A DNA stretch of 64,000 nt, taken from an uncultured Nitrospiraceae bacterium. GTDB lineage: Bacteria > Nitrospirota > Nitrospiria > Nitrospirales > Nitrospiraceae. Shown here in pieces: positions 29,142-38,602 of the stretch; position 1 is the first letter of the stretch, and every line of letters begins with the position of its first letter. The DNA is taken from assembly GCA_963846575.1 (NCBI GenBank), contig CAWJWJ010000001.1, positions 1,024,001 to 1,088,000 on the forward strand, in the 5' to 3' direction. Below the pieces are notes generated by a model that searched no databases, was not told the DNA's origin, and worked only from the letters and a program-made list of their open reading frames with translations. The position numbers and the translations under genes were made by a program.

Positions 29142-29546
29142 CCTGAGTCCCGCTTGCAGTGACAGGGATGTCGAAGTCTCCCGCCTGTTATTAACGCAGC
29201 ACCATCAGACCAGTCTCCGGCCCATGTCTCGGCCATTTTTCTTGAGCGTGCTCTGGATTCGAATGTCACGGGATGTGAAGAATGGCGTTCTTCTTGACCG
29301 TATGGTGTAAGTTTGGCATAAAAATACTTCCTGCTAGAATTCAGGCGATGACGCGAGCGGTGCCGGCGAGGCTGCTCGCAGGGCGCCTATGAAAAATCTG
29401 ATCGATCGCCACCGAGGGCGAATGACTGAGGCAGACATCGTGCTCCGGGGATTGCGCACCCTGGTTGTGAAACATAATCCCTGAGGTATAGGGGGGGCGC
29501 GGCGTTCGGACGCGTTTCATCCGGCAGGATTGACGGGAATGGATAC

Positions 29547-30410
29547 ATGGCAATGTCAGCGTTGAATTTCAATCAGGAGCGTCAGGCTCTCCTCCCCCAC
29601 GTTCGCATCCGTCCAATGAAAGGCTTGTTGGATTTAGATCTAGTGAGCCTATGGCACTATCGGGAGCTCGTTTTTATTCTCGTGTGGCGCGATGTGACGG
29701 TCCGGTATAAGCAGACCCTCTTGGGCGTGGCGTGGGCCATGTTTCAACCGGTTGCGACCATGCTTATTTTCACCGCAGTCTTCAGTGTCATGGGGAAAAT
29801 TCCCTCGGATGGGTTTCCTTATCCCGTTTTTCTCTACGCGGGGCTGCTACCCTGGTTGTATGTGTCCCAAGCATTGAGCCGGGGCGGCAGCAGCTTGGTC
29901 GGCGAGGCGCCGCTCATCAGTAAGGTCTATTTCCCCAGACTTATTCTCCCGCTGGCGGCCACGATTGCGCCCTTAGTCGATCTGTTATTGGCATTTATCG
30001 CATTTTTGGGGCTCATGGTCTGGTTCGAAGTCATGCCGACCTGGCGCATCCTGCTGTTGCCATTTTTCGCCTGCCTGGCCGGTTTCGTGACTCTGGCAGG
30101 CGGACTGTGGATCTCGGCGCTCTATGTGAAATATCGCGACGTGGGTCACATTCTCCCGATGTTCATTCAGCTCGGGATGTTCGTGTCACCCATCCTGTAT
30201 CCGGTCAGCAAAGTGCCTGAATCCTGGCGAGTATTGTACGCATTGAATCCGGTCGTGAGTGTAGTCGAAGGGTTTCGATGGGCGCTTATCCCAGGGTTTC
30301 AAGTGGACTTCATGATGTTCCTGCCGAGCTTGGCGATTGTTTTTGTGGTGCTCGTCGGGGGATTGATTTATTTTCGCTCGATGGAGCGAACATTCGCGGA
30401 TGTGATCTGA
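29547..30410 (+). CDS. wzm: ABC-2 polysaccharide exporter permease (Wzm-like)
   Basis: YRELV..LVWRD..VRYKQT.LG..W, LISKVYFPR, YRDV, SPILYP, LNPV, FADVI. Confidence 0.88.
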   Translation: MAMSALNFNQERQALLPHVRIRPMKGLLDLDLVSLWHYRELVFILVWRDVTVRYKQTLLGVAWAMFQPVATMLIFTAVFSVMGKIPSDGFPYPVFLYAGLLPWLYVSQALSRGGSSLVGEAPLISKVYFPRLILPLAATIAPLVDLLLAFIAFLGLMVWFEVMPTWRILLLPFFACLAGFVTLAGGLWISALYVKYRDVGHILPMFIQLGMFVSPILYPVSKVPESWRVLYALNPVVSVVEGFRWALIPGFQVDFMMFLPSLAIVFVVLVGGLIYFRSMERTFADVI

Positions 30411-31690
30411 TGGGATCTGTCGCAGTTAGAGCAGAGGGCTTATCGAAGTACTACCGGCTGGGAGCCGCGAAAGCTCAGCATAATACACTTCGCGACCATG
30501 TCATGCACGGCCTCAAGGCTCTTACGCGATGGGACGCGGGAGATAAGAAATCGGACCCATCCTTCTGGGCATTGAAGGATGTTTCATTCGAGGTCAAACA
30601 AGGCGAGGTGTTGGGGATCGTTGGGCATAATGGCGCGGGGAAAAGTACCCTACTCAAGATTCTTTCCAGGATTACTCACCCGACAATAGGGACGGCGGAT
30701 ATTTATGGGCGCGTAAGCTCGTTGCTCGAAGTGGGAACGGGGTTCCACTCTGAACTGAGCGGGCGCGAGAACATTTTTTTAAATGCCGCGATGTTGGGCA
30801 TGCGACGGGAAGAAGTGCAGCGAAAATTCGATGAGATCGTCGATTTCTCGGGGGTGGAAGAATTCATCGATACGCCGGTCAAGCGGTATTCCAGCGGCAT
30901 GTACGTGAGACTGGCATTTGCGGTAGCCGCGCATCTCGAACCAGAAATCTTGATTGTGGATGAAGTCCTGGCCGTAGGCGATGCCAGCTTCCAGCAAAAG
31001 TGCCTCGGGAAGATGGAGGAAGTCAGTCGGAGCGGGAGGACGGTCTTGATCGTCAGCCACAATATGACGCTCATCGAAGGCCTCTGCGAACGGGCGATTC
31101 TTCTGGAGAAGGGCACGATTGTCAAAATCGGCAAGACGCAGGAGGTGGTGGAGGGTTATGCCGATGCCATCCGGAGTCAGGCCGGGACGCCAATTGATGC
31201 GCGTCAGGACCGGATTGGCATAGGAGACATTCTCCTTACCCGAATCGAATTGCTGGACAGTGACCGGCATTCTGTCGCGGCGGGGATCACCGGCAGAGAT
31301 ATTATTATCCGTTTGCACTACCGCTGCACGAAAGGGAAAGAGTTCCGCAATTGCCGGGTGAGTATTTCCGTGAACGGGCGGAAAGGGCAAGACCTCTTCG
31401 TATTGTCCACGGATATCGTGGATCCGACCCCATTAACCCTGCACGGAGAAGGCTATATCGATTTTATCGTTCCCCGATTGCCATTGACGGGCGGAGCATA
31501 TTTCTTTCAATCATATTTCGAATCCAATGGACATGCGCAGGATTGGATCAAAAACGTCGCGCTGTTCTCCGTCCTCGATGCCGATTATTACGGTACTGGC
31601 AAGCTGTGCCCCCCGGGTTGGGAAGCAAACGGTGTGCTGTTACAGTACCGCTGGGAAGCCGGTGCGCGGCAATCTGTCATTCCGTCCTAA
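30410..31690 (+). CDS. wzt: ABC polysaccharide exporter ATPase with Wzt C-terminal domain
   Basis: FWALKDVSF, GHNGAGKST, LSGRENI, PVKRYSSGM..RLAF, DEVLAVGD..FQ.KC; Ig-like C-terminal extension. Confidence 0.9.
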   Translation: MGSVAVRAEGLSKYYRLGAAKAQHNTLRDHVMHGLKALTRWDAGDKKSDPSFWALKDVSFEVKQGEVLGIVGHNGAGKSTLLKILSRITHPTIGTADIYGRVSSLLEVGTGFHSELSGRENIFLNAAMLGMRREEVQRKFDEIVDFSGVEEFIDTPVKRYSSGMYVRLAFAVAAHLEPEILIVDEVLAVGDASFQQKCLGKMEEVSRSGRTVLIVSHNMTLIEGLCERAILLEKGTIVKIGKTQEVVEGYADAIRSQAGTPIDARQDRIGIGDILLTRIELLDSDRHSVAAGITGRDIIIRLHYRCTKGKEFRNCRVSISVNGRKGQDLFVLSTDIVDPTPLTLHGEGYIDFIVPRLPLTGGAYFFQSYFESNGHAQDWIKNVALFSVLDADYYGTGKLCPPGWEANGVLLQYRWEAGARQSVIPS

Positions 31691-31851
31691 TCCCGTTGCT
31701 TCCCTTCACAACACCCACAGTGTCGTTTCGCTTTGAGGGTGTGCCTGTCGTGCAGTCCCTGTCGAGTAATCATTAATCGCTCTGCAATCCGCAAAGAGTG
31801 GGTTACGATTCGTCCTCAGATTGCCGGACGACGGTCGACTGAGGCGCATGC

Positions 31852-32055
31852 ATGGGTTTCGGGATTCAGGAGGGACGACAGCCGCAGCTGGAATTGGATG
31901 GGTTAAAGCGCGCGTTGGAATGGACAAACATTCAGCGCGAACAGCTGTTGGATCGACTGGATCTGTTGCGTTTGGACAATCAACGTTTGCAAGGGCGGGT
32001 GGAAGAGCTGGAGCGGCGCCTCGCTGAACTTCAGCAACAACAACCGCTGTTTTGA
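31852..32055 (+). CDS. Small coiled-coil protein
   Basis: Continuous heptad Leu pattern over about 45 aa; GAGG upstream. Confidence 0.55.
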   Translation: MGFGIQEGRQPQLELDGLKRALEWTNIQREQLLDRLDLLRLDNQRLQGRVEELERRLAELQQQQPLF

Positions 32056-32177
32056 TGCCCGGCCGGGTCTCCTCTCTCATCGTCTTTTTATTTTTCACTC
32101 CTGCGCCGATTCCTCCGGCGTGATAAGCTAACAAATTGCCGATTCGGCAGACTTTCCCTGTGAAAGGACTCGGCACC

Positions 32178-32996
32178 ATGACTTATCCGATTAAGACATC
32201 TGAAGACATGCAATGGTTCCTGGCCCATACGCGGGGGTTCTGTGGCGGCCAGGTGACCGATGTGCATCTCTCCAAGCGGAGGATCTATGATGAGCTGTCC
32301 GGCCGCGATGTCTTGGCTGGGAGCACGGCAGCGGTAGTGGTCAGGTACCACGTGGCAGGGATTCTTCGCATTGCTAAACTAACGATGCAGGGGGTCTCTG
32401 ATCTCTGCATTTTCGAGCAGGATGGAGTTGATTGCTCCCTGCTGGCTGGCATTCAGGTGGAACTGAGCGAGGGGAAATTACGCTTTTGGTTCGATCCTCA
32501 GGGTGAGCTATTTGTGGTGTGCGAGGAAGCCCTGCTCGAGGAGGTCTCCCTGCCACAGAGTGACGCAGAGATGGATAGCGTCGCGGCGCAGTGGACCTTT
32601 CAGGCGGACTCCGGCGAGGCGCCTAGCGTGTCCTGGTTGCTTGCTCAAATGGATCAGGCTGGGTGGCCCTGCTTCTGGAAGGCACTATTGCCTCACGACA
32701 CAGCGCATCGGGCCATGCGTTGGGAAGGCCAATTGGTGGCGGCCGCCGATGAGAATGCCGACTCTGCGCCGACAATCGATGTTCAGACCTACGGGCCGAT
32801 CGATGGCGCCGGCTTTGGCATGCGGATGCGGCTCCCGCACCGTATGGATCCATCCAGCTGCCGATTGCTGAGCCTGGTGGCCGAGGTCGTTGCGCAATCC
32901 TATTCAGGGACCTGTCTTATGGGAGAGAGGTGGTATTCACACGAAGAATGGGCAAGGGGGAAGTCGTCAGGTCGTATGCATCATGCCCGCCGATGA
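32178..32996 (+). CDS. Hypothetical two-domain protein
   Basis: AAGGA SD before MTYPIK; protein-like composition. Confidence 0.6.
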   Translation: MTYPIKTSEDMQWFLAHTRGFCGGQVTDVHLSKRRIYDELSGRDVLAGSTAAVVVRYHVAGILRIAKLTMQGVSDLCIFEQDGVDCSLLAGIQVELSEGKLRFWFDPQGELFVVCEEALLEEVSLPQSDAEMDSVAAQWTFQADSGEAPSVSWLLAQMDQAGWPCFWKALLPHDTAHRAMRWEGQLVAAADENADSAPTIDVQTYGPIDGAGFGMRMRLPHRMDPSSCRLLSLVAEVVAQSYSGTCLMGERWYSHEEWARGKSSGRMHHARR

Positions 32997-33019
32997 TCGA
33001 CCGGCAAGTACGGGAGTCG

Positions 33020-33694
33020 TCAGCTCTGCTGACCGTTCCTTCCGCTCCCATTTCCGTTCATGATGGCCCGCGAGGTGGTTTTTCGATTGACGCATTCCAC
33101 CAAGTGCCAAAATTTCATCGGATTCACTTTTTCTTTTCGGGCGACATGCAGGTCGGTCCCCTCCAGCACGGTACTGAGGGAAAGATCGGTGCGGAAGCCG
33201 ATATGTTTACAGAACGGGGAGATGACTTTCTCCACGGCAGCGATCAGCTTGTTGCCGTTGCTGAAATGGTTCAGCATGATGATGCGACCGCCCGGCTTGC
33301 ACACCCGAATCATTTCATTCACCACTTTGCGGTAATCGGGCACGGCAGTCACGACATAGGCCGCCATGACGGTATCGAAGCTGTCGTCGGCAAAATCCAT
33401 TCTGCCTGCATCCATGAGCATCAGGCGTACATGGTCCAAATGATAGTGAGACTGGCGTTGCCGGGCCTTGGCTAGCATGCCCGAGGACAGGTCGATGCCT
33501 ATGATTTCGCAGTTTTTGGGGTAATACTCCAAAGCAATCCCGGTCCCGACTCCCACTTCCAGGATTTTTTCTTCGGGCCGTATTCTCAGGTTGCGGACGG
33601 CGGATTCGCGCGACTGATGAAAGATTTTGCCGAAAATATGATCATAGACGCCGGAATAGTTGGTATACACTCGCTCGACTTTGGCGATATCCAT
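33020..33694 (-). CDS. SAM-dependent phospholipid N-methyltransferase (PmtA-like)
   Basis: VYDHIFGKIF, ILEVGVGTG, GIDLS..ML, AAYVVTAVPD, RVCKPGG.I..NHF; GGAGGG SD. Confidence 0.75.
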   Translation of the reverse strand: MDIAKVERVYTNYSGVYDHIFGKIFHQSRESAVRNLRIRPEEKILEVGVGTGIALEYYPKNCEIIGIDLSSGMLAKARQRQSHYHLDHVRLMLMDAGRMDFADDSFDTVMAAYVVTAVPDYRKVVNEMIRVCKPGGRIIMLNHFSNGNKLIAAVEKVISPFCKHIGFRTDLSLSTVLEGTDLHVARKEKVNPMKFWHLVECVNRKTTSRAIMNGNGSGRNGQQS

Positions 33695-33945
33695 CGTCCC
33701 TCCGAAAATCACGCCTCTCCGCCAGCACACTCTGCAGTGCAGCAGTGACGGCGAGAAAAGTGTAGCGTGGAAAACTATGAAGGCGGGACCGTGACTCGGA
33801 TGGTTCGTCCTCACCCGCCGGATAAGAACCGGCCTAATGTAGCCAAAGCGCTCATGTGGAGTCAACAGGTTCCTCTAGGTATTGATTGTGAAGGCGTTTT
33901 GGCCGGGCTTGATTCTCCGCCGAGCCTTGTGGGAAGTTCCCCCGT

Positions 33946-34566
33946 ATGGTATTGGCTGGTGCGTTCGCTATCGTCTTGTTCATTGGGCTGATTATCGGTG
34001 ATTGGGTATATTTCGCCCGGCTCTCACCCGACGCCTCCCGGTATGGATACGGGATCGGACAGGTGCAGGACCAGTTCCTCTCGTTGGGCATCCAGAAGTT
34101 CGTCCGGCGTTTCGACGAGAACGGGTTTCTCGCGTTACCGCACGGGGTGGCGAGAGTCTTTCCCGAAGCCAACCGGCTGGTAATCCGACCGACCTACCGA
34201 CTGTTCTCGATGGGTTTCCGCACGGCCTGGCCACTCAAGGGCTCAATCGAATGGGCGTCAGACGTCGATGGGCTCACATTCGTCTGCACCAAACGGGTTC
34301 CCTGGTCGTCCTCCATTCTCACCTTCTTGTGGTTCAGTCTCGTGGGTGTCGGGACGTTCGGGTTTCTGGTGGCCTACCTGATGGAAGGGGGATTTGAATC
34401 GCTGGGAGGGCTACTGTTGGGAGTCGGGGTCACCGCGGTGGGATTGATCGTGGTCGCCTTCGGTCTGTTGACCGTGACCGTGGCCTATCGAATGGAGAAT
34501 ACCAGGCTGATGCAGGTCTACACAGAATTGCGGACGGTGGCGCTGGAGGAGACAAGCACAGCCTAA
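33946..34566 (+). CDS. Hypothetical membrane protein (about 3 TM)
   Basis: One N-terminal and two C-terminal hydrophobic helices. Confidence 0.6.
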   Translation: MVLAGAFAIVLFIGLIIGDWVYFARLSPDASRYGYGIGQVQDQFLSLGIQKFVRRFDENGFLALPHGVARVFPEANRLVIRPTYRLFSMGFRTAWPLKGSIEWASDVDGLTFVCTKRVPWSSSILTFLWFSLVGVGTFGFLVAYLMEGGFESLGGLLLGVGVTAVGLIVVAFGLLTVTVAYRMENTRLMQVYTELRTVALEETSTA

Positions 34567-34919
34567 CGGGTTGAAGTGTAGAGATCCAGCAGGTGGTCCA
34601 ATTCCGGCGGCAGATCAAGTGTCTGTCGGGAGCGCGCCAGACCGGCGATGATCCCACGATGTTTCAGGCTCAAGCCGGATTTAATGAATGCCTCACGAAA
34701 GTGCATCCACCGTTGTGCCGTATCCCCTGACAACCTTTCGAGATCCTCGGGAGACAGCGTGTTAAGCGATGCGGAAAGGGTTCCCACAGCCTTTTCGACG
34801 CTGTCGTAGGGCGCGGCCAGTTTGAGTCGGCCGTAAAACAGCTCCAGATGACCCCGGAATTCGTTCCTGAGCGACTCCACGGGACCGGCCGCTCGATGGT
34901 GGCCTATGTGATCGCCCAT
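34563..34919 (-). CDS. Hypothetical protein
   Basis: GGAGGGA SD before MGDHIG; helical composition. Confidence 0.55.
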   Translation of the reverse strand: MGDHIGHHRAAGPVESLRNEFRGHLELFYGRLKLAAPYDSVEKAVGTLSASLNTLSPEDLERLSGDTAQRWMHFREAFIKSGLSLKHRGIIAGLARSRQTLDLPPELDHLLDLYTSTR

Positions 34920-35034
34920 GCCATGTCCCTCCGCGGTACAATGATGATTGCGTCGAAGCTTACGGCAGGAACGGCCTGACACGCAACGGGGTCATTCTAA
35001 GAAGTAATGTTGTGAATGTGACAGGGAGGTCGAC

Positions 35035-35523
35035 ATGAGCCGCCGATATCCGTTCCTGCTCAGCGGAGTACTGCTGAGCTTGTTTGTCGGTTGTTCGTCC
35101 CATCATCATGGAAATGATATCCGCGCACAGAGCGACTATTGGAGTCACGCAAGCCGGGATGTGGGTGGCCTGGTCGAGAAGCACCTTCGCGACCCGGAGA
35201 AGGTGAAAGAGGTGAACGGGGTCATGGGGGAGATTATCACCGAGATCAGGTCGGCCCGGGAACAACATCGTCAGTACCATCGTGCGCTCTACGAATTAAA
35301 CGCGAACTACACGGCCTCACCGGAGGAGTTCACCAAAATCCTGGATCAGTTGAATAATGGCCGCATGCGTTCTGCCGCGAAGATTCTCGGTCTCCGATTC
35401 AGGTTGAAGGGGTTGCTGACGGCCCAGGAGTGGGCGGGCCTGTCCGCGGATCTGGAAGCCTACGGCAGTCGATATTATGGGAAAAGGTTGGATGCGCCGG
35501 TTCCGACACCCTCACAACCGTGA
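35035..35523 (+). CDS. Helical lipoprotein, Spy/CpxP-like
   Basis: GGGAGG SD; lipobox FVGC; C-terminal LLTAQEW resembles the LTxxQ motif. Confidence 0.6.
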   Translation: MSRRYPFLLSGVLLSLFVGCSSHHHGNDIRAQSDYWSHASRDVGGLVEKHLRDPEKVKEVNGVMGEIITEIRSAREQHRQYHRALYELNANYTASPEEFTKILDQLNNGRMRSAAKILGLRFRLKGLLTAQEWAGLSADLEAYGSRYYGKRLDAPVPTPSQP

Positions 35524-35539
35524 GCCGAATGCCATAGCG

Positions 35540-36148
35540 TCAGTACAGCCGGTCCAGGCCCGGGCGATGGTTGAGGAAGAGGAGTTGGGCGCCGTGCTCC
35601 GACAACTCGAGCCCGCTGACGGCAGCATGATCGACAGTGATGTGGCGGATCACGGTCAGGTCGAGACGGAGATAATGCGCGAGAATCGCTCGGATGACAT
35701 CGCCGTGGGACACGAACACGTAGGGCTTGGTTTGCGGCTGTTGAATGACTCCTCTCACCGCAGCCACCGCGCGCTGCTGCACTTCTCGCAATGTTTCACC
35801 CCCGGAGGGGCGCGCTAATTCAGGCTGGGCGTACCAGTTCCGCTTCGCCGGATCCTCGGCTAGATCTTTCCAGTAGTGATTGATCCAGTTGCCCACGCCG
35901 ATCTCCCTCAGGTCCGGGATCTGTTGCGGCGTGGTCTCGCGCGGCCGACGCAACATCTCGGCTGTTTGCACCGCGCGGAGGACGGGACTGGTGAAGATGC
36001 CGGCGAGCGGCGTGCGGGACAAAATTTCTGCGCAGGCCCGCGCTTGGCGTTCACCGGCCTCATTTAAGGGAATTGATTGGTCGCCCATGACGCGACCGGA
36101 TCGATTCCACTCTGTCTCTCCATGTCGGATCAGAAATAGTATTGGCAT
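35540..36148 (-). CDS. Histidine phosphatase family protein
   Basis: LIRHGETEWN, SPVLRAVQTA, LREIGVGNW, GGETL, VSHGDVIR. Confidence 0.88.
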   Translation of the reverse strand: MPILFLIRHGETEWNRSGRVMGDQSIPLNEAGERQARACAEILSRTPLAGIFTSPVLRAVQTAEMLRRPRETTPQQIPDLREIGVGNWINHYWKDLAEDPAKRNWYAQPELARPSGGETLREVQQRAVAAVRGVIQQPQTKPYVFVSHGDVIRAILAHYLRLDLTVIRHITVDHAAVSGLELSEHGAQLLFLNHRPGLDRLY

Positions 36149-36166
36149 GAGGGACGTTCGTCGGAC

Positions 36167-37234
36167 TTAGCGTGCGGCCACGACGGGACCAGTGAGCGGG
36201 ATCGCGGTCCAGGAGTTCCCGCCGTCGGTGGAACGATAGAGGCCGCTGCCATTGGTTCCGGCATAGAGCAGGTCGGGGTTCGCGGCGCTGATGACGATCG
36301 TGCGCACGTTCAGCGTGGCGAGTCCCTGATTCCGAGGCTCCCAAGTTTTGCCGCTGTCGGTAGTCTTGAGGACACCAGCCGGCCCGCCGATGTAAAGCAC
36401 ATCTGAAGTGGTCGGATGCACCACCAGGGAACTGATGAATTGTTCCGGCAACCCCTGGCCGACTTGTTCCCAATAATCCGCCCGATTGGTGGTGCGAAAG
36501 AGTCCCTTGGTCGTGCCCGCATACACGATGCCGGAATTCAGCGGATCCACCGCCAACACATTCACGCCGAGGGCCATGGAGGCGTTGAGAACGTCGTCCG
36601 GAATGAGCCCGCTATTCTTCTTCTGCCAGCTGACGCCTCCATCTTCGCTACGATAGGTGCCGCCGGTCGTGCCGGCATAGAGCACCCGGGAATGTTTGGG
36701 ATCCATGGTGATGCAGGTCACGATGTGAACTTCCTTCATCCCTGCCATCCGTTCTTCCCACTCTCGTCCACCGTTTTTGCTGACGAAGGCGCCGACCGTC
36801 GTGGCAAGGTAGAGCATCTCGGTATTGTCCGGATGAAAGATGATTTCGTTGACGAACGACACGTGTTCCTTAAGTCCGACATTATGGGGCAGCCAATGCT
36901 GACCGCCGTCCGGACTTTTATAAATCGCATCTCCCATCGTGCCGGCATATACCGTCGCAGGGAGCTTCGGGTCGATGGCCAGGGTGGTGACGCGGCGGGC
37001 GGTGAACCCGGGGAATTGTTCCCAGGTGGCGCCACCGTCACGGGTCTTGTGTACCGCCTCGTTCGTGGCGACGTAGACGATGTTGGGATTCGAAGGGTGG
37101 AGTGCGATGGAGACGACGGCCGCTTCACGCGTTCCGCAGGCCAACAGGAGCAAGCCGGCAAAAAAGATGAATGGTCGGAGGACGACACGAGAGAGAGTAA
37201 CGCGTAAGATCACGATAACCGCAGACCTAACCAT
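36167..37234 (-). CDS. BNR/Asp-box beta-propeller lipoprotein (VPS10/YCF48-like)
   Basis: Lipobox LLAC; about 7 repeats of (K/R)(S/T)xDGGxxW with D/HP..P..VYAGT. Confidence 0.85.
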   Translation of the reverse strand: MVRSAVIVILRVTLSRVVLRPFIFFAGLLLLACGTREAAVVSIALHPSNPNIVYVATNEAVHKTRDGGATWEQFPGFTARRVTTLAIDPKLPATVYAGTMGDAIYKSPDGGQHWLPHNVGLKEHVSFVNEIIFHPDNTEMLYLATTVGAFVSKNGGREWEERMAGMKEVHIVTCITMDPKHSRVLYAGTTGGTYRSEDGGVSWQKKNSGLIPDDVLNASMALGVNVLAVDPLNSGIVYAGTTKGLFRTTNRADYWEQVGQGLPEQFISSLVVHPTTSDVLYIGGPAGVLKTTDSGKTWEPRNQGLATLNVRTIVISAANPDLLYAGTNGSGLYRSTDGGNSWTAIPLTGPVVAAR

Positions 37235-37283
37235 AGCGCGTCAATCGAGTCAAGGACATGCGTAGGACAGTTGTGGGGGAGCT

Positions 37284-38423
37284 TCACAGCCGTTGGGTGA
37301 AACGTTCGGCGTATCCTGTGAGTTCGACATAGCCGCGCGCCGAGACAGGCATGCCGCGCACCTGCCCTGTGGCAGACACGGCTCCTTCCCAGTAGGTGAT
37401 CCCGGTGCTGCGGGCGGTCGTCAGTTCCTGATCGGCCAGCAGGGAGCCCACTTCCAGCTCCAGTCCGAGGGAGGGTGAGGAGAGGTGCCAGCGCTGCGGG
37501 TACCGCGCGCGGGATCGCGGGCTCGTCCATTGGGAGAGGGGTACAACCGTGAGATCGTCAGCGTGAAGATGCCTGGTGCGCCCATCAGCCAGGACCAGCG
37601 TTCCGCTGGATGCGGGGTCCGGCGAACCATCCGTTCGTCGCAACGAATACCACATGAGCTCGGTCGAGTCGCTCAACTGCAAGGAGAACCAATCCCATCC
37701 CACGATGTCCTGACCGAGGTCCGCCGAACCGAATTCGTGATCCATCCAGCTCAGGCCGGTGACAGTGAAGCTTTCGGTGCCCACCCGAATCTGTCCGCCT
37801 GTTTCGAGATGCGTCAGTGAATAATAGTGGGAGGCCTGCTCGGGGGCCGCGCCCTTGCGGCTGATTCCCTCCCGGCCATGCAGCACGGGCGGTTTCCCCG
37901 GCGTCACATGAAGGTCGATGGCGAATTCGTCTGTCGAGGCCAGAAGCCGCTGCCGTTCCGGGGCTCCATCATCCGTCGATATCGACCAGCGGTCGATCCA
38001 TACGCGTAAGCGGTTCGCTTCGGCACCGGCCTTTCCCAGTCCTTCGCGACTCAGTTTGTCCGCATACATGAACCGACCGCTTTGCAGGTCGGTGACCGCG
38101 AAGTGGGCGAGATACAGTTGGTGAAGCGACCATTTCGAGGGATCCGTCTTCACTTGCTCCGGCGGAATGCCCCGACGGAAAAACGTCAGCTGAAATCCAA
38201 AGGGCCGCTTGTCGGCCGTGGTGAGATGCCCGGTGTAGTACCACCATTCCGTGCGAAACCGTTCGTGAGCACCGTGGTCCTCGGGAAACCGATAGGGATA
38301 ACCAGGAGCGGCGATGGAAAATTTCTGCTGAGGCTGGTCGACGGCAATCGATGGGATGCCGAGCGCCGACAGCATCATGATGGCCAGCCAGGAAGTGAAG
38401 CAGAAACGGCGGACGATCGTCAT
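37284..38423 (-). CDS. Secreted AttH/CrtC-like lipocalin-fold protein
   Basis: FPEDHGAH..FRTEWWYYTG, GFQLTFFR, SHYYS, WMDHEFGS, GWDWFSLQL, YWEGAV, GYVELTGY. Confidence 0.88.
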   Translation of the reverse strand: MTIVRRFCFTSWLAIMMLSALGIPSIAVDQPQQKFSIAAPGYPYRFPEDHGAHERFRTEWWYYTGHLTTADKRPFGFQLTFFRRGIPPEQVKTDPSKWSLHQLYLAHFAVTDLQSGRFMYADKLSREGLGKAGAEANRLRVWIDRWSISTDDGAPERQRLLASTDEFAIDLHVTPGKPPVLHGREGISRKGAAPEQASHYYSLTHLETGGQIRVGTESFTVTGLSWMDHEFGSADLGQDIVGWDWFSLQLSDSTELMWYSLRRTDGSPDPASSGTLVLADGRTRHLHADDLTVVPLSQWTSPRSRARYPQRWHLSSPSLGLELEVGSLLADQELTTARSTGITYWEGAVSATGQVRGMPVSARGYVELTGYAERFTQRL

Positions 38424-38567
38424 GGTGAACTCAGGGCCCGGCTCCGCGGGAGAAAGAATGGGAAGGGTACGGGGCTGCCGATCGGTTGCCGGGGAGTCAT
38501 TGATTGAACGTCAGTATCCATCATGGTTTTCGTATGATCCGTGCGGTTCGGTGGTGCCCCGGCGGCG

Positions 38568-38597
38568 TTGACAACTTTGCAAAGCATCGGCTATCGT
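38568..38597 (+). promoter_or_regulatory. Putative sigma70 promoter, leaderless-type spacing
   Basis: TTGACA-18 nt-TATCGT, 5 nt before ATG 38603. Confidence 0.45.
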
Positions 38598-38602
38598 GAG
38601 CC

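Noticed and set aside
36167..37234. Periodic repeats as a CRISPR or DNA repeat array
   Set aside because: They are degenerate protein-level Asp-box repeats inside a CDS.
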